Below are positions 38,840-49,874 of a DNA stretch of 64,000 nt, piece after piece. The translations under genes and the position numbers were made by a program. Position 1 is the stretch's first letter. Each line of letters starts with the position of its first letter. The DNA is from Ptychomitrium polyphyllum (Eukaryota). Below the pieces are notes generated by a model. That model did not search any database and was not told the origin of the DNA. It saw only the letters and a list, made by a program, of their open reading frames with translations. The stretch spans positions 9,176,001 through 9,240,000 of the forward strand of contig OZ316776.1 in the NCBI GenBank assembly GCA_973851085.1. Reading direction: 5' to 3'.

Positions 38840-40424
38840 TCCTGCGTTGCTGCGAGGCAGACAGGACGCCTGTTCTGCACGGAAACAGAGAGGTCATTTC
38901 ATGCATTCCCGAAACCGTCACTCAACCTGAAAACCGACCATTTATCTACCACCTGCAAGCCGCGGATTTTTTGGAATTACATAGATAGTGATGGTAACAA
39001 GTACAGTGACGGTTTCAGGGTATTCATCCTTTATGCGTCGATATGTGCTGCATGTCCGCATCTGACATTTGATGTAACGGTGGCCTACTTTTTAGTTCTT
39101 AGTCTATTCTTAGCGTAGATGATGCCGGTTATTGGGTGCATTCTCGGATTTGGCATGTCTGCATCCCACTTTTAGGATTTAGTGCAAAGTGCAAAACGAA
39201 ACCTTATATTCTTGTGTTTGTTTGGTTTGTTTATAATTGATTTTTACTTTTATTTTTTACTTCTTTAAGAAATTTTTTAATAGATTAAAAAAGATTATAA
39301 GTAAAGATTGAAAAATAAGAATGATTTTAATAATTTTTAAAAAGAAAATTAATTCAATTTAAATCATATTACTTGCAAGTAAATTCTACCTAATAATTTT
39401 TTTCAACATTCTCATATTATTATAATTCCATCTTTAGAAAACTTAATTATATGGAAATTTACATATATTATTCTTTTTGTTTTATTTTCTGGTATGAACT
39501 AAATTAAAGGTGTAAGAGTTGATTTTGGACCATATCCTTTCCAAAGTTAAGAATTAAATTTGTTTAATTATAATGTAGTTGTTATCATGACCAAAAACGG
39601 TATTCAACATACTTCATTAAAAAGGGTTTTAACAATATCAATTTACATATATAATTTGATGTAAATATAATTACTTAGATAGTGTTTAATATCAAACATC
39701 AACAACACTTTAGTTTCATCAATATGTCACTTTATGATATGATCAATATTTCATTGGCAGTTATTGAAATCACATGACAATATAAAAACACATCATGTTA
39801 TTTGATAAAATCAACAATATCATTCTATACAAAATAGAGGTTAATACATCATGTTTATCAAAATTAGAGTGATGGGAGCAAATTCTAAATCAAACAATAA
39901 TAGTATTTCAGCTTTATATGTACATGTAAGGTTCATAGACAAGCTTACAAGAGTGACAACTGACAATTCTGTTGCAAATTCTCATTCACATTCACCAAAC
40001 GATATCGCTGAACTCCTTCAAATTGCTTCCCTTCAACACAGTCGGAGTGAGTAGCAATGAATGACGAATTCGCATGTGACCTCACAAACGAGAAGCGTTT
40101 GTTTCAAGTTCAATACAATCTGGTAGAAATAAATCATGCCACATGATCACTGAAAGTCCAAACTAAACAGAACCCACAAGCCACTATAGACACAAACCAT
40201 TACCCGAAGTAGGGAGATCACGCCCATTCGTACAAACGAAAACCTACATAATTCGACATCCATGACACAAGAAATAAGCGTCCGGAAACACGGACATCAA
40301 CATACCATGATAATCGCAGCCCGAGAAATAAAAATAACAGGACAAAAAACTAGAGCTAAGTCATGCCAGCATAATAGCATCATCCAAATCTGGCAGAAGA
40401 GATGGCAGTTTCGTCCGAGATGAT

Positions 40425-40440
40425 GGTGTCTATAGACACC
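40425..40440 (-). other. Histone 3' stem-loop-like palindrome of H2B copy 2
   Basis: Sense strand reads AAAAAACCAATT-GGTGTC-TATA-GACACC-ATCAT, 50 nt after the stop codon. Confidence 0.7.
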
Positions 40441-40490
40441 AATTGGTTTTTTAGTATGAGTACGGAATTCAACGCCTCCGACCCACCTCC

Positions 40491-41181
40491 TTACGCGCTC
40501 GTGAACTTCGTCACCGCCTTCGTCCCTTCCGACACCGCGTGCTTCGCCAGCTCCCCGGGCAGGATCAGCCTCACCGCCGTCTGGATTTCCCGCGACGTGA
40601 TCGTAGGCTTCTTGTTGTACCGCGCCAGCCGCGCAGCCTCCTGCGCCAGCTTCTCGAAGATGTCGTTGATGAACGAGTTCATGATGCCCATCGCCTTCGA
40701 CGAGATGCCCGTGTCGGGGTGCACCTGCACAACCATATCCAAACCAATCAGAAAATCAAGCGACTAACAAACAACCCACGAAACCGTCCTTCACACAGAA
40801 CACTCTCTGCCCCAATTTCTGGAGCATACAAGCCGAACCATCTCAAAAAGAGACGAAAACCGAACGCCACCCGAGTACCCACCACTCATCTACCTAAGAC
40901 CCTCCCAACCACTCCGACCACGCTACACCACACAGTACTGCAATGGTAACGACCCAACAAACTAAAACACCCGGCCCCCAAGAAAAACACCACCAGAGAC
41001 ATACCTGCTTCAACACCTTATAGATATAGATCTTGTATGTCTCCACGCTCTTCTTAGAGCGCTTCTTCTTGGCGTCGCCCTTGGTGTCCGCCTTGATCTT
41101 CTTCTCGGCCTTCTTCACCACGGGCTTCTTCTCAGCCTTCGACTTGCCGGCCTTCTGCTCCTCCGCCACCTTGGGAGCCAT
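40491..41181 (-). CDS. H2B: Histone H2B (copy 2, divergent paralogue), 136 aa, one 280-nt intron
   Basis: Exons 41181-41005 ([10 protein letters not shown]...[15 protein letters not shown]...VLKQ) and 40724-40491. The intron position is the same as in copies 1 and 3. Confidence 0.97.
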
Positions 41182-41329
41182 CGCTGCGAACTAGACTGAG
41201 AATGGAGAAGGGATAACGAAGATATACGCCAAAGCCACTGCGCTCTGCAAGGCAACGGCTGGCTATGGCGACGAACGGCAAACGATGAGCTGAACTATGA
41301 GCAACACGATCACCTCTGCGCACTTGGAA

Positions 41330-41490
41330 TCGTTTATATACCACAGGCGCACCACATGACCAATGGGACGTCCCGGTTTCCGTGGCTAGGATCGGCATCG
41401 ACCGCCGTCCGATCCGCATCGGGCGGCGCCAGTTTGAATTCAATGTTGGCGCCAGTTTGAATGCGGGGTTGGCGCCAGTTTCGAGGGTTT
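41330..41490 (-). promoter_or_regulatory. H2B copy 2 promoter: TATA box, CCAAT box, octamer-like GATCCGCA and three GGCGCCAGTTTGAA modules
   Basis: TATATAAA (minus) at 41333-41340, ACCAATGGG at ~41359, GATCCGCA at 41411, and GGCGCCAGTTT(GAAT/CGAG) at 41425, 41448 and 41471 (23-bp period). Confidence 0.7.
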
Positions 41491-44337
41491 CCCTCCCTCT
41501 GGCCTTTCACCGTGAGCCGGGCAGGGCGGTTAAGTTGACCCGGTGAATTCCTGTGGGGAAGTGCAGGTTTGGAACATGGCCAGCAGTGAAGGTGCTTTTG
41601 GAACCTGATCGGGAACAGAGTTCTTTAAAAACATGAGAGAAAACTCAAAATATCTAATATTTATGATATGTGTTTGTTCATTTTGAAACCATCACTTTAA
41701 ACTAATGAACGGGAGATTTTGATAATGAATATAATATAACATTTAATTATTTATTTTATTAAATTTATGCAAAATATTGATACTTTTTGTTCTTTTTATA
41801 GATTCACATTCTTGAGCTCTTTTTGTGTCTTTTACTATCAACAACACAATTCTTTTTCATTTAAAAAAAAAATTAATATTCTATTTTAGTGATTTTTTAT
41901 CTAAATGTGAGTTATGAATTATCATTGATTGCTTGACTTATTGTAAGAACTCAATTATTGCACATTGTATATTAATCAGATGCACTAATATATAAATAAT
42001 GAATTTAATGTATTTTAGTTATATAAAAAAATGTAGTTAAATATTTTTTTAATCTAAAAATATTATTAAATTTTTATGCTCAATTTTGTCATTAGCTATT
42101 GAATCTCATTAAAATAGTATAATTTATCAAAAATACTCTAATTTCATAATTTGTAAGCTAGATTTTGGAAATACAAGAGTGTTGAAGACACTTATAGAAT
42201 TTTTATGAATTCAAAGTATAAAATAAATCATAAATCAAAGTTTTTCAATCTATGTGATGGCAAAGTTTGTTTATAATGTAGTTTAATGAATACTAAAGAA
42301 TGATGTACAATATTTAAAAGTTCTTGTGGCAATTGAAAGGCTTGTATAAAAAGACTATAATGTTTATCTGGAAATTATTTAAAATATTGTTTTGAGAAAA
42401 TTAATAATGTTTAAGAAACAACAAGTATAATAGAGGCGCTTTTCACTTCATATGTTGAAGTGCTTCTAATGCAACAATAGTGCAATTGTAGTGATTACAA
42501 GGCTTTTAAAGGATGCTCTTTAATTTCGTTGATTAAAGATTAATAATGCTACTTAATTGATTAAAAAATATAGGTGTGTTTTTTAACCAAAAGTACTTGA
42601 TTGTAATTTGTATTCTTTATTTTTGATAATTCTTGGAAGCAAATATGAATAATATATGGGATTATATAGTGGATAAGACTCTAAAAAGAATGTAATAATG
42701 GTAAAAAGAATGTAATAATGGTATGAACAATATAAGATGATCTTAAAAGCCAATAAAGGTTCATTCAATTGATTTTAAACTAAAATTTTTAAAAAATATA
42801 TTTTAATTTTTGGAATTTTATTTTAAGATTTATTATGAATTAAAAAGTTTTTTTTAAAAATTATAATAAAACAGAAGAATATAACATGCAAATAGTAGGA
42901 ATTTAAATTTAACTCTTGATTGTACTTGTTCTTTTGTTTCTACTTAGGTTGTACACTTTATATTTTATATTTAAGTCTAAAATTTGATGTAGTTTTGAAA
43001 CGTTCAATATTTGTTTGCAAATTAGTAAATAGACCTTATAGGAGATCAAGAAGAATTTAGAAGAGTGTGTAGGTTATTTTTTGTATTCATTTTTTTGTTT
43101 TTATGTATTCTTTGAATATTATTAAATATTATTTGCACACACATATAAAGTAGTTAGAATCATCTCAAGCATGATTGTTTAATTCCAATTTTTACATTAA
43201 AAACATGGACTCACCTATGCACTTTAAGTTATAAACTATAAATCTACACAAATGATTTCAAATTTTTAGCATCCAATACTCATTCCATAATAAAATTTGA
43301 CAATTTTCAATGATTTTGTACAACAAAAAACTGAAATCTACAAATTTAAATTCTAATATGTTTTAAAAAACACATTTTAAATACAAACATCCAATATGTA
43401 CGCACTAAGGTTCTAAGTTTACTTAATCTTGTTGCACTTGATAATTAAAAAAATTTACTTTGAGTTTTCAACATTCAAAAGCTTGTTTAAGAAAATTTAC
43501 AACTTCCTCCATTCATATTCATGTGCTCGTAACTTAAACCATATAATAGGTCCTATAAACTTGAATTAAACTTGAATTAAAGCTCAAATCCTTTTCCAGT
43601 TTACTCCCAAAAAAGTTAAAATGTCGATCCAGTCTTTCAAATATGGAAAACACGCTTCACTTCCGCACTTGTACTCAATGCATCGTGAAACCTAAGTAAA
43701 AGAAATGAAGAAAAATGAAAAAGAGAAACAAAAGAACAATGAATAGACAGGCCAAGAGGGTCTGAGCACGGACACTACTAAGACAGCAAGAATTCCAGGA
43801 AGCTCGTCAGCGGGATGCAGGGCCAAAGTGGTTCAAAGACCGGCTAGCGGATGCCACGCGGCAGGAGGGGCCCAATCTGCAGGTCACACGCACTCCAGAC
43901 TCGGTCCCTGCCAAAAGCGTTCTGCAACAAAAATCTCGTGGCGGAGGCAGCCCAGGACAGCCAAACGAGGAACTCCTAAACCCCAGAGCTCCAGGTCGGA
44001 CGCATCGTCCCCACTCCTCTTCCCGCCATCTTTCAAACCCCGCTCAAGCAAGAGATTTCCCGCCATCACCCCGCCGCTCGCCACTTCAAACGCCGCCCGT
44101 CCGATCCTCATCGCACGGTGCGCCGCCCCGATCCGCACCGTGCCCTCCCGGCCCTCCCATTGGCCGCCTCGGACACTCCAGGTCGGGCGCATAAGCCCGC
44201 CCGACCTGGGGCAGCCGGCTCAGACTCCGCGCTCGACGGTAGGTGCCCGCGTCGCCATCGCCATTCCTGTCTCGCGCAGCGCTTCCTGGTGTCTCGGCCC
44301 CCACTGGGGTCTCCACTCGTATCGTCGGTTCGCAGCG

Positions 44338-45229
44338 ATGGCTCCTAAGGCGGCGGAGGAGCAGAAGGCCGGCAAGTCGAAGGCCGAGAAGAAGCCCGTG
44401 GTGAAGAAGGCGGAGAAGAAGATCAAGGCGGACTCGAAGGGCGAGGGCAAGAAGAAGAAGAGCAAGAAGAGCGTGGAGACGTACAAGATCTACATCTACA
44501 AGGTGTTGAAGCAGGTACGGCGTCGCGATCCAGTGTGGTGTGTGCGTGCGCAATTGTGGCGAGGGTGGAGGTGTGCGGCGTAGCGGTGAGGGTGTGCGCG
44601 GTGGTGTTGAGTGGCAGGTTGTGCGCGGGGTATGCGGGGGAGTGAGTTGTGAGATGTCCACAGTGCGTGGGTTGGAGGCTGGCGTTCCGCGCTTGTTTGG
44701 GTGGGTGACGGCGGGAGTTTGGTTGGGGTGTGTGGCGGCGGTCCCGAGTAGTGGAGTTGTGAGTAGGCGACTAGGGTCCAGAGGGCTACGTTGTGCAGTT
44801 AAGGGCAGCGGGGTTTGAGGTGTGGGTGTGAGGAGGTGGAGGCGCAGGCGAGGCCCGGGAACGAGCGATGGGTTTAGGGTTGGGGGATTTGGCGGACAAG
44901 GCGGCGTGGTCGTGGTGGGAGTGTGTGGTCGGGTGCGTGCAGCGGCGGAGGGAGGTGGATGTGACGTGGATCGGTGATTTTGTGTGGTTGTGCAGGTGCA
45001 CCCCGACACGGGCATCTCGTCGAAGGCGATGGGCATCATGAACTCGTTCATCAACGACATCTTCGAGAAGCTGGCGCAGGAGGCTGCGCGGCTGGCGCGG
45101 TACAACAAGAAGCCGACGATCACGTCGCGGGAGATCCAGACGGCGGTGAGGCTGATCCTGCCCGGGGAGCTGGCGAAGCACGCGGTGTCGGAAGGGACGA
45201 AGGCGGTGACGAAGTTCACGAGCGCGTGA
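44338..45229 (+). CDS. H2B: Histone H2B (copy 3), identical to copy 1, one 481-nt intron
   Basis: Exons 44338-44514 and 44996-45229, joined by a CAG|GTACGG...TGCAG|GTG intron. Confidence 0.97.
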
Positions 45230-45266
45230 GGCGGGAGGCGCACGCGTCCGCGTGAAGAATCCAGTC

Positions 45267-45282
45267 GGTGTTCATGAACACC
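45267..45282 (+). other. Histone 3' stem-loop-like palindrome of H2B copy 3
   Basis: GAATCCAGTC-GGTGTT-CATG-AACACC-ACCAC-TGAGAAGAGAGGAG, 37 nt after the TGA. Confidence 0.7.
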
Positions 45283-46356
45283 ACCACTGAGAAGAGAGGA
45301 GCACTCCTGGTTGACGGTGTGATGGTGTGCTGTTTTGGGAGTGGTGGTTCTTGTTTTCCTGTGTGTTGGTTTCTGCGGGAGTGGCTTGATTTTGAATTGT
45401 GTTGTTATTGAACTGGCAGTTTTATTTTGTCAGGTGTTATGATCTATTTAGTCTTGGTATGCGCGTTAACTAAATATGTGTATGCTGAGTTTTATTTTAC
45501 CAGTTCGGGTATTTGAGGTTGGTGACTTTTATACTGCAAATTTATTCCCCTGACTGTACGTACGCTGAGCTGGCGACGAAGGTTTAAGTAAAGTACTAAG
45601 GCCGATTGAGGTCATACTGCAGTCCGATGTTAAGATTAATTCGAGCAATTATCAGAATTTGTCTTCTGTTTTTAAATGGGAAAAATTCAGTTATAAATCT
45701 GCAGAGCTATCTTTAGGCCTGTCATGATGCTTTGTGTCCAAAAGTAGTTTGGGTTTTTAATTATCCAACGAATTTATGACGTGAATGTCGTCGGGAGGTA
45801 ATTAAGCCGATGCTATTAGACTTAATCGAAATTCTTATGTGCCTTCAGACAGTAATTTGGCACTCGAGGAGATGCTGAATTCTTATTACCATATCCCGCA
45901 AATGACACTTTTACCTGTCCAACTACTGTTCTACTGTTTTTCTTATTTCTGCAAGTGTTTACTACATTTTTTTGGAACAGTTCTGCACGTATGTGGCAGA
46001 TAATATTTTTCAATTCTAAATACTCGTACCTACCAATTTGTATAGTGCGTACATGTAGTCCTGTCGGTACATACACTTATGATGCTACTATTTATCTTCA
46101 CATCTGGTATAGAATTGCGGACAATTTCTCTGATTATACAATTTGGTCCAAGCAATTCAATGTAGCTGAAGCATTGACTGTGTAAAACTTTTGTAGGCTG
46201 TTATTGAAATGGACAAGAAGTGACATAGGAGTATTTTAAATCTAATTAAATGCATAAAATTCGGTGTTAGTCGACTGCATTACTTGTCTGTCAGTTTAGT
46301 AGACGTAAAAATGAATACATGTCAGCTCAGATAGTCGATACTCAGTAATGCAACAT

Positions 46357-48905
46357 TCAATAGTAATGATTTTCAAGAGATTGTAGTGACCCTTTGTGAT
46401 CTAAGTTATCTTTGTGACCCTTTTTCGGAAGTATAGCTGAGGACACATATTTATGGGCTTCCCCTTCAGTGAAACCGAAATCGTCTACAAGAGCATGGAC
46501 AAAAGTATTTCGATAGGCGTTTGGAGGACTATGTGTCCGGAATTCCCCAGACCTGAATTTCTCCACATGAGAATCTGGGCACCTGTGCATAGCAAAATTT
46601 CAAGAATTTAAGAATTTTATAGATCATGATTGATAATATCTACAAAGAGCTGCAATGTGCTAAATGAACGAAAGGAAAGCAAGCAAAGATTCACGATAAA
46701 TTAAGTCTGTTTTTCACTTTTCTCTAAGTACCAAAGACTCGTAAATTAAGAGGAGACCATTCAGAAAAGCAGTACATAGACATGATACATACGTGAAGGT
46801 TAAAATTGGAAGCCCGTCTTTCTCGCCAAGGTATTTCACAGTGCCATACCATGATGCCTCCTACAATGCCAATCAATTACGACGTGTCAGAGTTAGCAAG
46901 AGAAAATCATTCATACATGAGAGACTGCAATAGAAGTCCAAATTCACAGAAAAGAGAAATTCCATACACTGCCTTGCTGACAGGCTTCTGCAAACCTGTT
47001 TTAGTTTCTGGGCTTAGACAACTAAATGAAAACAGAACACTCCATATTAAAATTATCCACCAGGGACTTTTGAGCAGAGGTGCTCCTCAGAACTGAAATT
47101 ACCCCAAAAATATCCATCAAATAATGGGGTTCTCTTTTCTTCAACTCGTTTATATGTTTCCCAGTCATCCAATATCTCTCAGCTCTGCCTGGATTTTCTT
47201 GACTGAGGACATCGTTGAATTGCTCCATCCTGAAATCACCAGACGGGTTTCCATGAGCAAGAACATGATTCAACAATACGACACAATCATTCCTCGAAAA
47301 ACGCTATACCACAAGCGCTACGACTTAACACGATCAAGCTACAACAAATAAGTAGCGCATTCTTGGATAATAGATGAAGTCAGAGTGGTTAGAAGGAACC
47401 AACAGGAAATTGACATTTTGGTTATGAAATAATTACAAAACAGGACATCTACAGGACATGTCCAAAACGATGAAGGAAAAGCACTCACGTAATTTTATAA
47501 ATTCGAATATGAGAGAGAACGCCAGGTTCTGAAATAGGGTTAAGAAATGCAACCCCTCCCAAGCCCCACATCCTCGTCCCCTCGTGCCCAAAGAACAAGC
47601 GGTTGGGGATGGATATCCAATCTGAAGCCACCGGAGGTGACTTGTCTCTACATCCAATACACGATCGTGTCATGCCGTCTACCTGCATACCAATCAACAA
47701 AAACACATTGAGAAAATGGCAGTCACCTCAGAGAAATATATTTATCGAAAGATTCAAATTTTCTGATTGAGATTCCAGTTCTAATCACTGAGATTGCTGC
47801 GTCACATTATAACTTCTTGCTCTGGGGCCCTACTTCAAGTTCGATCCAACCCATCTTGCGATCCAATTTATAATTCGATTAGTAAATACAGGTTCAATCC
47901 ATTCAATGCCTCCAGATGTACATATGCGTACCATTCCTCCTTCAATGTAGCACATGAACCGTTTCTTCCACATGTTCGATCCATAACAGGCATACCAGAT
48001 ATGACTGGATTCCACAATCTCATCACCAACAGGAGCTTCTTCTGTACTGCTTGAATCACTTGTAGAAGAGAATTCTCTTTCAACCTTCGTTCTCTCCGCT
48101 TCATCATCATCCAGACTTTCTCCATTCCCTCCGTCCCCTACATCTGCAGTAATGAAGATTGAAAAGTACACTAACATTAGAATATTTTGAGCACTTAGAG
48201 AACTAGTTCCAAGCAAGCAATCAACTGGAACCTCTAAAAAGTGACAATTTCTAGCATTGACGAAGAGCTTCCATAGGATAAAAATGCTTTTCAATACAAT
48301 GACCTTCGCACGTCCAAAGTAGCAACAGAGTGCCACTATTCTCACTAAATCATCAGCAAGAAGCATGAAGTGCAGTAACATAACATTTCCCTCAGAAACT
48401 GATTGCGTTCTTAGAATAATGAAGAAGCATATAAACTTACGACGTCACATATTGACAGGTTAACTGTTTCATAGACATAGACTAAGTTCAGCCAACACTC
48501 GGAAGTGCTAACCAAACATGAGAGTCTCCAGGCCATATTCTTGTGATCTCTATATACTGTAAAAATTTCGACATTGACAGGATCTGAACTCCTTTACCGA
48601 CTTGTGAACACACCTGCAAAGGATGACGAATCTGCGCCAGACAAGCTAAGAATGACATCAATGTCCTTAGGTTCTATCTCCTTCATTTCCAGATGGCTTT
48701 CTCCTGAAACGTCTGAGAAGGGAATCTTTCCTCCATTCGCAGCAACATGATGCACGTCTTGTGTCACTGTCGAGCTGGTTGGCCCATCATGAGTAGTACC
48801 CGAGCTCCCATCCCAGGTGGATAACTTAGACAAAAGATCATCAAGGTCCGCAATCGGAGTTAAAGCAGGCTGTGAAGGAAGCTGCTCATGCCCATCATTG
48901 CCCAT
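46357..48905 (-). CDS. Multi-exon gene for a YGSN-motif (gamma-glutamylcyclotransferase-like) protein similar to the non-catalytic C-terminal region of plant HDA5; no deacetylase domain
   Basis: Spliced exons give HIWYACYGSNMWKKRFMCYIEGG..VDGMTRSCIGCRDKSPP...RLFFGHEGTRMWGLGGVAFL...IRIYKIT|MEQFNDVLSQEN...WYGTVKYLGEKDGLPILTFT|CP...PPNAYRNTFVHALV. The start codon is uncertain and an upstream exon near 49.6 kb is likely. Confidence 0.78.
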
Positions 48906-49864
48906 GCCTTCAAATTGCTCGCTAGCTTGAACCAATTCTTTCAAATCCTGCAAAGTATCCATTGGAAATGATAAAATCAGATTACAAAAACAACAATGAT
49001 CACTTCTACGCTCATCACACGTAATCCACAAATCTCCTTACATTCTACTCCGCAAAAGCACAATAAAACTCACATCTACAATCCCCACGACATCACAAGC
49101 AGCATACGGCCAAAAACAAAAAAAACTCTAATTTCCATCAAAAATGCTCCAGTCTCGGGCTACACACATCAAAACAGGCATCCAGAGCCCCATAAAGTGA
49201 ATCCAACCTACCAAACCCTGTTCAGTCTTTCCAAACACGCAACCAAATACTTTCGAGAGCTACTACCCATGGTACGAATCTCGTATCAAACCCTCGTGAA
49301 CGCTGAAGAGATTCACGAACTACACTGCAGTCAGCTAAGGCAGTTGCACCCACAGCATTAGTGGGGTGAATCTGCACAAGCTTGTGGTTTCCATCCCCGT
49401 TACTTGGCTGGTTGAAACCGCAAACCCGAGCCGACGCGACGTGAAGGCTCACCATCGTCATCACACACCACACCACGACTCACACCACCAACTGAACCCT
49501 CTCGATGACCTCCTAACCAATCCACCAAGAAAAAATCCAAACGACCGATCCTTCGCAGCTGCGACGACAAGGAAAAGTGACTCCACACACAGACACCGAT
49601 GATCTGGAAACCCTAATTCAAACCAGAGACGCATGCATGCATGCATTCGGTCAGTCATTCATTGATTGAGTACAGACAGGAGTTCAGCTGACAAAATGAT
49701 ACAACGGAAGAATCTTTGTACCCACACATGCAGAGTGTGAAGATCGCACCTTTGGTGGACGGTGGCGGTGGTCGGTGCATCTGGTTGGAGCAAAGCAGAG
49801 ACACAAGTGACAATAAACACCGAGTGCGGTCCCTTTCCTGGACCCAAATTGTGGCTCCCAGGAT

Positions 49865-49874
49865 GCCACGTGTC
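49865..49874 (-). promoter_or_regulatory. G-box/ABRE (GACACGTGGC) upstream of the YGSN-motif gene
   Basis: Exact ACGTGGC ABRE core on the minus strand. This is a single motif match and function is unproven. Confidence 0.35.

Larger units (their letters stand above)
43990..45384. repeat. Right arm of ~1.4 kb inverted segmental duplication (partner 10663-12058)
   Basis: Reverse-complement identity with 10663-12058; mismatches were seen only near the two edges. Confidence 0.95.

Noticed and set aside
45241..45254. Second hairpin CACGCG-TC-CGCGTG just after the H2B stop
   Set aside because: Not present in the divergent copy 2, and short GC-rich inverted repeats are expected by chance here.
45288..45301. 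Purine-rich U7-type downstream element as a conserved feature
   Set aside because: Present in copies 1/3 only. Copy 2 has no comparable purine run, so it is mentioned but not called as a feature.
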